Of a DNA stretch of 64,000 bases, positions 37,849 through 50,500 are shown in pieces (positions within the stretch are counted from its first letter, which is position 1; each line of letters opens with the position of its first letter). The notes beneath the pieces are model-generated. The model worked only from the letters and a program-made list of their open reading frames with translations. It searched no databases and had not been told where the DNA came from. Origin of the DNA: Trichoplax adhaerens (Eukaryota > Animalia > Placozoa); NCBI RefSeq assembly GCF_000150275.1, contig NW_002060954.1, positions 1,116,001 through 1,180,000 of the forward strand. Reading direction: 5' to 3'. A program made the translations under genes and the position numbers.

Positions 37849-40800
37849 ATGAGTAGATTATATGCGCATCACAATTCATCAAGTCTGTCTGAGCAGGCAG
37901 AATCAAAAGTCTTGATACTCTATACCGGCGGTACGATTGGTATGAAAAAAACAGAGAGAGGTTTGTTGATGTAATTGTTTAAGTCTATTATAATGTATGT
38001 ATTTGATGCTAAATCTTGAAGATTCTAAATTTAACGTAAATTACAACGCTTATCTACTTCGAAGCGTGGCAAGTTAATATGTGACATTCGGAAACGATTC
38101 ATATACTCGTACTATCAGAATTTAGAGTTATTATTGTTTTTTAAAATTAGCATTGATTTTATAATTATATTTATATATATATTAATTAGTAGCTTCGTAC
38201 TAATTGGTGAGGCTTGTAATATAATATACAGTAGAAGATCTCTTAGCCTTTGCTTAAAATTTCATGTATAGCTTAGAATAATTTACCACTGACAGCAATT
38301 TAGGCGAATTAATAAGTTAAAGCTTTAATGTGATCTTATCGTCTACCCAATTAGGCTATGAACCTTATCCTAATTACTTAGCAAACTCATTAAAGTCCTT
38401 GCCCATGTTACACGATCCTAACTATGATCAAGAGTTGTTCTCTCCTCCGGACAACTTGGAATCTCTCATTTGTCCGTAAGATAACTGAATACTTTTTTCC
38501 AAATATATTATATATCAATGTTATTGAATAATCTTATATGTAAAATACATTGGTGGTGGAATTATAAAGTCGTTATATAAAACTTGCCAAATAACCGTAA
38601 TAAATCTAAAACTTAATAGTTGGAGGATGTAATAGTACTGTTGAGTGTTAATGTTTTCCTAATGTTAGAATATCGCGTAAATTTTAGCTATTTATGAGTT
38701 TTTGACATAATGCTATATCCCTTTTAAGAGTCTCAATTTATGGTTGTCGAGTTATTTATTGTGTTATGGAGTACGAACCTTTGATGGATTCATCCGATAT
38801 GTCTATGGATGTTTGGGCAAAGATCGCAATGGACATAAGAAAATATTACGAAATATTTGATGGTTTTGTTATTCTTCATGGAACTGACACTATGGCTTAT
38901 ACGTCTTCAGCACTTTCATTTATGTTGGAAGATTTAGGAAAATCAATCATTTTAACTGGAGCCCAAGTCCCGATATACGAGCAGCGAAGTGACGGAAGGG
39001 AGAACTTATTAGGGGCATTGATAATAGCTGGTCATTATGTTATACCAGAAGTTACGTTATACTTTGATCATAAACTATATCGTGGTAATCGCGTTATTAA
39101 AGATAATAACCGCGAATTTAATGCTTTTCAATCACCAAATTTTGCGCCTTTAGCCAATGTGGGAATAGATATAGAAGGTAAAATTCGCTTGATAGCTTTG
39201 AAATTATGCATGACATAACTTTACAACTTCCTAGTAGGCTACATAGATAGATACATTATAATTCAGAAAAATATTAATTTAAAAGTTGAATATGTACACA
39301 TATCTACGATCTTTGTTTGCGAATCAAAAAATGCTTTGCTGTCACTTTTAAGTTTTTATTGTTAATAACTCTTTTTATAGTTCAATGGAGTTCTATTTTT
39401 CGTAGTGGAAAATTACAGAAATTCCATATCTACACAAGTATGAGCTCAAACGTTGGTATTCTGAGATTATTTCCTGGTATTACTGCAGAAACTGTAAGCT
39501 GTAGCTGTATCATGTACAGCCCCATATATGAGAAATTAATATGAAAATTAAACTTCCTTAAATGCCTGTAAGAAACATTTCTCCTTACGCTGTAGATACG
39601 GACGTTTCTATTACCACCGATGGAAGGCGTTATATTGCTTTCTTATGGATCTGGAAATGCTCCTAGTAGATTCCCCAACATAATCAATGAATTTCGAAAG
39701 GCATGCGATCGTGGTGTGCTTATTCTGAATATCAGTCAATGTTGCAGAGGGTTTGTCGATGATTCATACATGGTAGGGAAGGTATGGCATATATTTGTGA
39801 CTTAAGTACTACAGTATTGACGAAAATCGTATATGGTGTACTCTATCGTAAAGGAAGGTTATTTCTTAAAAGCTGAAATTTTTCATGCGATGATAGATCT
39901 TGACTAATGTTGGAATAATTCCTGGCGCTGACATGACACCTGAGGCTGCACTAACAAAAATGAGCTATTTACTAGGAAGAGATGATCTTGACCTAGCAAC
40001 GAAACGTCGCGTACATTCTAAGTTTTCAAAAAGCTTTTACAACAAGTATAGGATATCAATAACTTCATAAATAATTTTAGATATGCGTTTTACTAGATGC
40101 TCAAAGAGAATTTACGCGGAGAATTAACAGTGCGTCTGTCTTGGAAAGAAAGTGAATTTATTAACAGCGTCGCACAAGCTTTGAAAGCAACATCTATAAA
40201 AGAAATCGATACCATTCAGTCAATGTTATTTCCGGTATTACTATGTTCTGCAGCCGCAGTTGGTAATGTCTCCTCTCTTAAAACGTTAACAGAACAGGTA
40301 CTCGTTCACCCATGCAGTAATAATGAGCGTACAACACAATTGCACACTTTTATTATAACTATTGCGGGGCTAAATAAAGTTCTGCTATATATAAATTATA
40401 TAGATAATATCGCTTCGGCTATCAAGGCTATGTTCATCATTTTGGTGCGAAATATATGTCCGTAATAACATAGTACATTATATTTTAATATCAAGGGTGC
40501 TAATGTAAACAGTTGTGATTACGATGGGCGTACCCCGCTACATTTAGCATCTTATGAAGGACATGTCGAAGCTGTTAGATTTCTGCTCGAAAAAGGAGCT
40601 TCTGTATTTTCAAGGGATCGATTACACAGAACGCCTTATATCGATGCTTTATTGAATAGGTGCAGTAAATTCTATTTAATTTTGTTTATTTTACTTTAAT
40701 TAGGTTTATTACGTTACCTCGTGATGCTGTATAATTCAAGGATATTTACATATATATATATATATTTAGTTAATTGCAATATTTCGTACATAGTATGCGT

Positions 40801-41724
40801 TTTATAATTTCGACAACTGTTTAAGATATTGCTGAGGCTTAAAATTTAAAATATTTTCTAATCTAACTTAGCCAAGCAGAGGTTGTAAAAATTCTTAAGA
40901 TTAGTGGAGCTCATCTGCATATCGGCGGAGAAGAAATAACTTTTTACCTAAATAAGTAGGTTTCGGCTTAAATATTAAGTGTATACACGAGAATTTAATT
41001 GTAATATTGGTTAGAGTTAATAATATTGTCTACTGTATCACCACATTTTAAAATTTATCGGCGTATAAGTTATACATAATGATCTACTCGATCGATATCA
41101 GAATTATTTTGTATTTTTATAAAATTTAACTGCAAACAATTGATGGTCCTTTGGAAGAAACTATATTTACTGTATTCATTGCATCTATTCTATTGTTTGA
41201 ATATAGCCTTATCGAAGAGAATAACGTCAAGTCACTAAAATTGTGGGAAGAAGCTGGAGTCGATTTAAACTTGAAGGGTTCTGATTTTAGAACTCCTTTG
41301 CACACAGTATGTCACTTCTTAGATTGATTGGATTAATGCTTGTAATTTGAATCATGCTCGCCAAATTGTATGAAATTAGACTGACTTCTGATCCTTTTAA
41401 CATTAATGGAAAACAGTATACTTACTTTTATTATTAAGTCTCATGTGTAGATTTCTAACTGTAGGCTGTATGCTGTAACCGAATTGAAGTTGTTAAATAT
41501 TTAATGGAGATAGGAGTGGATCTACAGGTCAGCCTAAAATTAGTATTCAATCACTTCTTTACTATTAAGAATGTACTTTGGTTCTCGTGATCGCTGGCTT
41601 TATTACCATCATTTTTGTCTACTTTCGTTTTAAAAAGGCGAAGGATATCTTTGGTAAAACTGCTATGGATTACGCAATAGCATTGAGCCGAACTAACATC
41701 ATACAAGTTATGAACTATCCTTAA
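37849..41724 (+). CDS. ASPG: 60 kDa lysophospholipase / type I L-asparaginase with C-terminal ankyrin repeats
   Basis: [13 protein letters not shown] (catalytic Thr), [82 protein letters not shown], and ankyrin repeats [31 protein letters not shown] and DFRTPLH. Stop TAA at 41722-41724. Confidence 0.93.
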
Positions 41725-42496
41725 CTATTTACAAGATCAGAACAGCGTAAATGCAGTTATAGCTCGGACCAGTTAAATGAAGAAAAGGAATGAAATTTGC
41801 GGAATAATATACGAGTACAATTAAGCTTTGGTTAAATAAGCTATTACTATTGGATTCTGGCAACAATTTCTACTTTTTAATTGATTAAGACTTTATCTTG
41901 AAGCCAATATAGGCAGGGTTCACACTGATTTACTATAGGTATAGGAGCGATCTTGTAATCCAGCTAAATATATCAGTGTCAAATCTTTATTAATAATGTA
42001 CATTTGGTGCCTATAAATGTTCACACATTACATCAATCATACAGGTTATCGAAAATTGTTTTGGAGTTGAGTCTATTTATTTTGCTTGGGGTTTTTGAGC
42101 AATCATTTTAAGATAGTAAAGGATCATTCCTTCAGTACTAAGAGTTGATGTTGTGTTGTGAATGTTATGCACATCAAATAAAATCAACGATAAGCCAAAG
42201 TCAAGCAGTTCGTGACTTCGTGTACAGTAACGGTAATCTAATAAATTAGACAGAGCATTTGATACTATATTATTATCTAGAGACAATTGAACTTGTATTT
42301 TGGACTCTTCTAGAGTCTATCTTTACTGAAAGGTAATGATTTCCATAAATTTATAGCAGTTACGCTTCAGAATAATGAATTATAATTTTACAATGATTGT
42401 TTTCATCTGTTAACTATAGATTGTAAATACGTATTGTAATGGCTTACTGTACCGTACAACAAGCGCATTGACTCGGTGTCTTGGCTGAAAGAACAA

Positions 42497-43340
42497 ATGT
42501 ACAGTAGTTTGATGCACTATACGTGTACGTACGTATGTACAGTACTGTACAGTACTGTATATTCGATAAAAATGATCGATAGTAGCTGCCTACTATACTT
42601 CAAAGTAGTCCCAACCCTATTTTACATACGTACAGTATATTATATCGTATATCACAAACCAACCTTTTCATTTTTACTCAACAAAATACTGTATGTATGC
42701 TTATAAGGTCTCTCATTTTGATCGTTGCGGTGAATCTGCGATGTACTATATATAATGTGGTAGTATGCAACTTCAATTCCTTCACTAAAGCTAAGTTAAA
42801 AATCGAAAAGTCCCTGCTAAAGCCTACAGTACGTACGTATTTTGAATTCCAGTGGGGAATAGCGTGTCGTTAGTATCAATTATTACTAGAATAGCGCTCC
42901 TAGGTTCGATATTAAAGTTCTAAAAATTTTTGAAATTTCTATATGGTATCGGGTTTAAATAATAGTCATTATTGTGCCATATGTTGTGTTGTACAATATC
43001 CAAGAAAGAAAAACCATTCCGTCTGTGTACTGTATGGTTCTGCTTAATAAGCTCTATTATTATACTGTACAGTATTTACAATACTATATACTGTACGTAC
43101 AGTAGAGCTTGATGTTTCGTGACGCGTCATCAGCGTACTGTACCATGTCTATGAATGGGGTCATCTGATTCCGATGCTATACACTGCAAGTGTAGAGTAT
43201 GTACAGTACTGTACTGTACAGTGTACAGTGTACAGTGCTCCATTTATTTATTTATTTATTTACTGTATTTATTTACGGCATTTCCCTATTATGCTCTTCC
43301 TGTGTACAGTACTGTACTGTACAGTGTACAGTACCGTACT
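42497..43340. repeat. TACAG/CTGTA arrays (42497-42558 and 43027-43340) between ASPG and PRKD
   Basis: gtacagtactgtacagtactgta; gtacagtactgtactgtacagtgtacagtgtacagtg; gtacagtactgtactgtacagtgtacagtaccgtactg. Confidence 0.8.
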
Positions 43341-43837
43341 GAAAGTAAAAGTCGCTTAAAACGTTACTGAGAATGGCAGTGTACTTTTGTGTAAACTGCC
43401 ATATTTCAAACTATTATTTTGCGGAAACCCCAGATCTGCCTGAAATTTGAGAACAACAGTACGCTACTAAGTGACAGGTTAGAGAAATGTCAGTGTATTT
43501 CTAGTGAAAGGAAAGATGCAAGTGAAAATTGGAACAAAATCCAGTTAATTAAATGATAGGTTAGTACAATTGAAGAAAGAAGTGAAACTAACAAAGGGTA
43601 AGCTATTGTGTATAATTTAAAATGTAGTACAGTACATAGTGTACTGTACTCTAGTTTGATTTGAAACAATTCACTAGTTTCGCTATTGCATACTAGTCTA
43701 AAGTCGAAGCGATTCATGAATTGAATACTTCTCATCGGTGCGTATTTCAACAAGACTAGTGCAAACTCCCGTCGCTTTGCTGACGGTTTATTTAGTCATA
43801 TCACGGGATATGATATAATAGCGATGAAATGTATTTT

Positions 43838-44242
43838 ACAGTACAGTACAGTACAGTATATCGTATTCGGAAAGCACACAAGCTGTAACTGTAGAACTTG
43901 GTTATAGCCTACGGGAGTAAGTACGGTACTGTTGACTACTAAATAGTCGAAGCTGCGGGGGTATTGAGTATCCTAGTAGTCCAAGTCGAGAATACTCAGA
44001 GTACAGTACTACAGTGGTAGGGTACTGTATGTGCCGTCTACAGTACAGTATACTGTACACTGTACAGTACAGTACTGTACATCTTTCGCTTTTATTTTGT
44101 GTACAGTAGAGAAAGAAAGAACGTTTAGTGTGCAATACAGTACTGTACAGCTCTGTTAAATCAATTATTGTAAGCTACTGTAGTGTACTGTAGCGTGTAC
44201 TGTTTCCTACTGTAGAGAACTCTCCAGCCTTGGTGGAAGTGC
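43838..44242. repeat. TACAG/CTGTA array upstream of the PRKD start
   Basis: tacagtacagtacagtacagta; tacagtacagtatactgtacactgtacagtacagtactgtaca. Confidence 0.85.
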
Positions 44243-44595
44243 TGTACTGTGTACAGTACGCACAGTCAACTGATAACTAGGCAAGACTGGGTATTTGATC
44301 ATCAGAAGAAAGTGAAACTCATTAACCACACCGGTCTTTAGACGAATTAGTATGCGGCAGACTTTACAATAGAGTAGTCGCTACACTATAGGTACATCCA
44401 ATAACCATTGAACTAATGCAGCTAACGGACAGATTCATGAATCATTTTTCGAACAAGTAGTATTGGAACTGTCTACTAAACGCAGTACATTCAAAAAACT
44501 ATAAGAAATACGCCGTTGAAGAGAGTAAAAGTATATCGTTTAAAATCGATAGGGAACGCTGGACAGGCTAGCGTCATTTTTAATCTAAATTAAAA

Positions 44596-47500
44596 ATGGC
44601 TAACAAGAATGAAGAAGAGTATGGGCTTACAACAGTATTGTTCCATTTTGGCTTTATCCGTCAAAAGAAAGTATTGGATGGAATCCAATACGTTAAATTA
44701 CTGGACATGGCTTGTGAATTATTAAATGAAAAGGTGAGATTTTAGACACAAATATATCCATGCTTATGATAGCATCAGTATCCTCTATAAACATATACCA
44801 GCGTATACCGTACAGTACTGTACAGCACTTGTGTAGATGTGCAGGCTAGAAACTGCTGAAAATGGACCATGATGAGATATCGATTTCACTGACAGGATAT
44901 CATTGAACTTAACTTAAAGTAATTAACTTTTAGTACATCACAGTAAGGAATTGAATCATGACTGAGCTGATCTCAATAGCAATCGTATAGTATCCAAAAA
45001 ATTGCATTATGCCGTACTAGTTAGAAGTTATACAGCACGTAAAGAGCAGTCTTTGTACTCGTACGTATGTGCTATCATGATGCTATATCCGCTGAGCACT
45101 GTAAAGAAAGATTTAAAGTTTAGGTTGAAGTATGGAGAAACAACAGCTTGGGTTAAAATGAAATTCGAAGATATTGCTTGTAACTCTAAATGCCTGAACT
45201 TGGAAGATGCTATACGTATTTAGTATGTGTGCGATAGTTTATTGTAAATAGATATCACTCCATAACAGAGAAAAAATGAAGACCTACTCTACTGTAATGT
45301 TAACCATTCTCTTTTCTTAATCTGCTAGGCCGAAGTTTAGTTTACAAAATATTTTAATTTATGGTTGCAGTATTGTATTGGGAACTACTTGAAACTGTTG
45401 ATAACTAATCCCTAACTAGAGTCTATCGACTGGATGTACGGTTCAGTAATGTGAGCAGTAGTCCTAGGAAATCCACATCGTGCCATACACTCAGGGTGAA
45501 AGTCATAGCTGAAATTCGGCGTACCCCCAAGCGACATACACTACGTAAAACAGTACTCGTTTGCAACTCCGTTATAATAATACTGCACTGGAGTTGATTG
45601 TGCCGTGAAAGTGGCCCATGACTGTACTATATCAAAAATAAATAAATAATAAAGCGCTACAGCAATAGCAGTACTATCGTGCTAGCGATATATTACATAT
45701 GATCCGCCGTAGGACCTAAAGTTTTAGGAACTTTGTGTGTTAGATCAAGAATCGAATGGATCCTTTGTGCTGTACTGTATTTTGGGCAAAGTTCGGTTCG
45801 TCGTCTATGCGTACTTTGAACTTCAGCTCCTTTCGTAAACCTCAAGATAACTGATAACTCTGAAATACAGATATCATACAGTACTGTACACGTAATACCA
45901 TGGTAATACCCATTGTTAATTTAAAAGATATTTCAGGCATTTATTTACAGTTAACTTCGTATGGATAAAAGAAAAAATTCTAGTTAACTCGAGTTCACAC
46001 ATACTGGAAATATAGTTTGACGTCAAATACTTTAATGTCTAAGTACAGTCTCGTTATGTGTGTGAAATTCTCTGATTGTAGTCCTACCGTAGTGGCTAAA
46101 TTCACCCTTTTGCCTGCATCAAAAGGGAGAAAATTTTTGTAAGAATTTTTTATTATTATTATTATTATTATTAGTTTATTGTAATGTACCTTACTGTACA
46201 CTACAGTCGTACAGTAAGGTATGGTTTAAACGACAATACCGTACAGTACTGTACTGTCAGAGTATGGGCCACGATCGATATTTTACAGTCAAGTTTAAAA
46301 AAAGACTTTTTTTGCTCTTGTACAGTACAGTACAGTACCAGATCGGGAACTTCTGCTACACTAGTACAGTACAACTGTGCATTGTGCAATACAGTACTAC
46401 CGCTGCAGTCCAAAAAAGTTCAGAAATAATAATCAATTAATTATTAATACTACTGTACTGGACTAGCTACTAAACTTTGTAAAATCCTTTTCTAATATAA
46501 GATGTACGAAACACCAGATACAAGTAAAACATGAAGGGGGGAAAACGCTGAAGCATACTGCACATTCGTTTTTTTCGAGCATCGCTTTTATTTCTGATAG
46601 TTGAATCCAGTACAAATGATTGTTCCCTTGGGCCTTCATTATAGATAGCATGCACTGTAGCACTTTGCTGTACGCAATACCATACTGTACAGTGTACTAG
46701 TACAGTATTTCCTGGACGTTGACTTCGTTCAAGGAAAGAATGACGAACAAGAACGTTGAATAAAATATAATTTTGGCGATAGTTCGTAAATCATTGAAAG
46801 GAGGCAATAATTTACGATGACTAGTCTAACGATAAATTGAATGCTCAGTAGCTAGAATGAATGATATTTTCTATTCAATCTTTGTGATAACAGTTCAGTC
46901 GACGGTATCACGTAAGTACGCACTTTACTAATTTTTCTGATTTGTAAGATGTACTGTACGAGAGAGAAGAACAGTAATCAGTACTGTACTGTATGTAAGG
47001 AGTCGATAGTATCATTATGCCCTTTTAAAAGTATGAATTTCTATGACATTCAGTGCCGAAATACCACATAGTATACAACATTGTAGCCTAAAACAGAAGA
47101 ACAAGAGTAGCTTCCATGGCTATTTGTACTGTCGTACCGTTAGTCCGTTATTCAGGCCTTTTCAGCCGGAGAAAAACTGAGGATCTCTTTGACATCAATA
47201 GCTAGTTTATGAATGCACTGTGCATTGTGAGTACTTTACAGTTTGTACACTACTTCATACATTACTGCGTGTACTTTCTTATTCAGCACTTGATTTTAAC
47301 TCCATGTTCGAACATTCAGCTTAAATCCTTATATTTATCCTATTTTGGGTTACACTTTACTCTAGCATACTGTAATATTAACTGCTACTTTAAAATAAGT
47401 AAACAAAAATAATCCGAAAAATGTACATTTTGCTCCAAGTGTAATAATGGCACTTCAAAAAAGGTGTATTCGAGTGGAACATATACTTGACGGCAATCTA

Positions 47501-50500
47501 ATAACACTGATATAATAATCCGGAAGATGTAAAGAAATCCCTCACACTACGATGCCTTGTTGTTAGTTTACTGAATAATCATTACTACGTATAACTTTTA
47601 CTATGGATGTTTTTATCTATAAAATGGACTATTGTTTATTACAGTTAGTGATAGATAATTTTACTTTAGCATCTGAACGAACAAACAGATGCTATACAAT
47701 TTTATGCGCCTCCCGGAATTTCATGCACGCACATCGGCCCTCTACTCTTCTGCTGTAATATATTGATTTCTCTGCTTCTCTTTGTATTGAAATATTTATA
47801 ATTCACTTGGAGAAACATAAATTACAATACAATGTACAAATATATAAATCTTGATAATATAATTCAATGCGATAATTAGAATTTCCCCGGGTATGTTATA
47901 ATAATTCTATTCACTGGATTGACGAAAAATCCGACTAACTGCAATTATAAACCGAATTAAATCTATTACTATAAAATCCTAAAGTGTAGGGTACTTGGGA
48001 TACACAAGATATACCGCTGACAATGGTTCATAATTTGATCTACCCAATACACCAGTTTATATACTGTAGTACTCAAAGGGCAATATCAGAACAAATTTCT
48101 TATCCATAATAAGGTTTGCTATATACTGTATTACTGGTGCACCGGCGGGTGATCTCAACATAACAATCATATTACATAAGCAGACGTTTTCAACTTAGCA
48201 GAAGTTAGCACGTGCTCGCAATCCGATACTAAATAAGAATTAACCTTAATAAGAACGTATTGCACTAGCGCAGCACCACGTTGTTTACCATAATTGATAC
48301 AAGTTCCAAGTTTGATTTAAATTTCGCTAATTTTATAATATGAATATCTTTGTATAATTGGAAATGCGAAAATTTTTATTTACAGTGCTTCTATCTCAGA
48401 TTAGTTAAAATAGATTAAATGTAAATTATTGTGTTAATATTCTAAACTAAAATAAACAAATTCTCGGCATAGTACAGCTTTAGGCATTGCCCGACAAGCT
48501 TTGTTAACGTAGAATTAACTCATAACATAGCATAAGGGTATAAGGTAGGCTATCTGCACTAGGAAAGATAGACACTAAACAAGATTAAAAGTAACATAGT
48601 AAGCAATAATCGACCGAAGGCAGATCATTCATTAATCAAGTATTTGAGCATCATCATCCGTTTGTTCATAAAGCATTATATAAAATGTATTAATTGGCCA
48701 ATCGCTGATGGCTGGCCGCACGAACTAATGCCGTCTGAGCGAGTCGTAGACTTTTAGTAATGATGCATTTACTAGCATTATCAAATCACCCGACTCACTA
48801 TCAGTTACGGTAATCCTTATACACAGGAAGCATAGCGCCATAAATTGGGAATAAAATTAATCTAGTAAAACATTGATTACTGTTAATTTGAGTAGCAAAA
48901 TATTTGAACGAATGAGCCTCCTCATATAGAAGTTTAAATGATTAATTATTCTATTACATATACTACATCTAAATATGTAAGCGGTAGATACGATGAACTG
49001 CACAAGTATGGTCCACTTCAGGCACAATATAATTTTATACGAAAGGTATTGCTTGTGTAGGAATGACTAGTATGAAATCAACTTTCTTTTGTAACTGTTA
49101 CAAAATTTACGGCTGGGCAATAATTGTAGCTTGGTTATCAGTTGCGTAAATCGCTATTTATGAGCACCAAGGTTAGCTTTATTTACTTGTTTATTATGTG
49201 GACTATCTGTCCTAGCTTTCTTGTTGCATAACCAGCTTTATGAGACGTATTAAATCAAAAATTCGCTTTTATGTGACAATAATGTACCTTTCATATCTAT
49301 AAATCGGTTTTAATGTACTGTAAGCGAACTTAAAAATAGCGAAAGATTTTCTAGCATCGTCTTTATACAAATTTCGCTATTATCGTTCTCGGCGATTAAT
49401 TTGAATAACTTACCCCTAATTATGAATTATAATTAACATGCATGAATACGCAAATTACGATCGTTTGCGTTAATAAAAATTAAATTCATGGCCCGTTATA
49501 TAGTTTAATTTAGTATTTTACATGGTAGATTGATTTTATTTAACAAAATATGCATCTGCAACTTACAAGGTACCGTATGATGCAACTGGCACAAAAGGTA
49601 CCTAAATAAGTCATACTATTCATTCTTCAGGCATCAGATCGTTAACAATTTAATCTTCATACTGTCATACGCGCTATAACTTACTGTTGGAAGAATATTC
49701 TGACGAGCTCCTTACACGTTCTATAATAATTTCGGACTGTGTCTAATATCTAATTATCTCAATTAACACGACCAACGATATTTGTTTTTATGCACGTTTT
49801 TGCATGCATACAATTTCATGCATGAAGTACAACTGATCTACTGTAATGCCTTCTTCATAGTAACGGATTAAACATATGTTATATAGCAGATATTGCTAAA
49901 TTACGTAGAGCTATTGGGATAATGCCTGTAAAATAAGCAACTGCATGATCACTCGTGCATAATTAGGTCTATAGTTGATAAATTTGATTTTAATTTTAGC
50001 CTTATTAGAAAGTGAATATAAGTTACTATATCATCATACGATGAGGGTGGGGCGTAAGATTTTCTTAAAGTAGGATGAATAATTTTACAAATCATCAATA
50101 GTTAATACATCATAGACGAAAAATTTAAGCTACATTTTAAAATTTTTATGTAGTGAATGTTGATTTTGATATTAATTTCTCGTATAACTTTTTAGTTCTC
50201 CAATCATGGTTATTTAACTCTACGAAAAAATGTCCAGCTGTTCCTTCATGATCAAAATTTTTCTAACCGGCTACGACTGCTATCAAGCGAGTCACAAATG
50301 CACCTTATTAAAGATCAGTCCGTAATAGAAATTATTCTTGATGGTAATTGGAGATTATCGTTTTGAATCTATGATACTGATTCGTACTTTTGTACTGATG
50401 AACGATTAACCAGGTGTTCAATAACTAATGAGTAACTTTTATCATAAATTAATACCAAATAGCTTTCTGTCCTATGGATGAAGTACAGTTTATTGTGCGC

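Noticed and set aside
8389-46429. Many 60-170 aa ORFs rich in Y/S/T/V/Q/C/L (e.g. 8389-8805, 10854-11069, 35063-35871, 43155-43370, 43902-44135, 46184-46429)
   Set aside because: They are translations of the stop-poor TACAG/CTGTA repeats ([10 protein letters not shown]), occur on both strands and in overlapping frames, and have no domain features.
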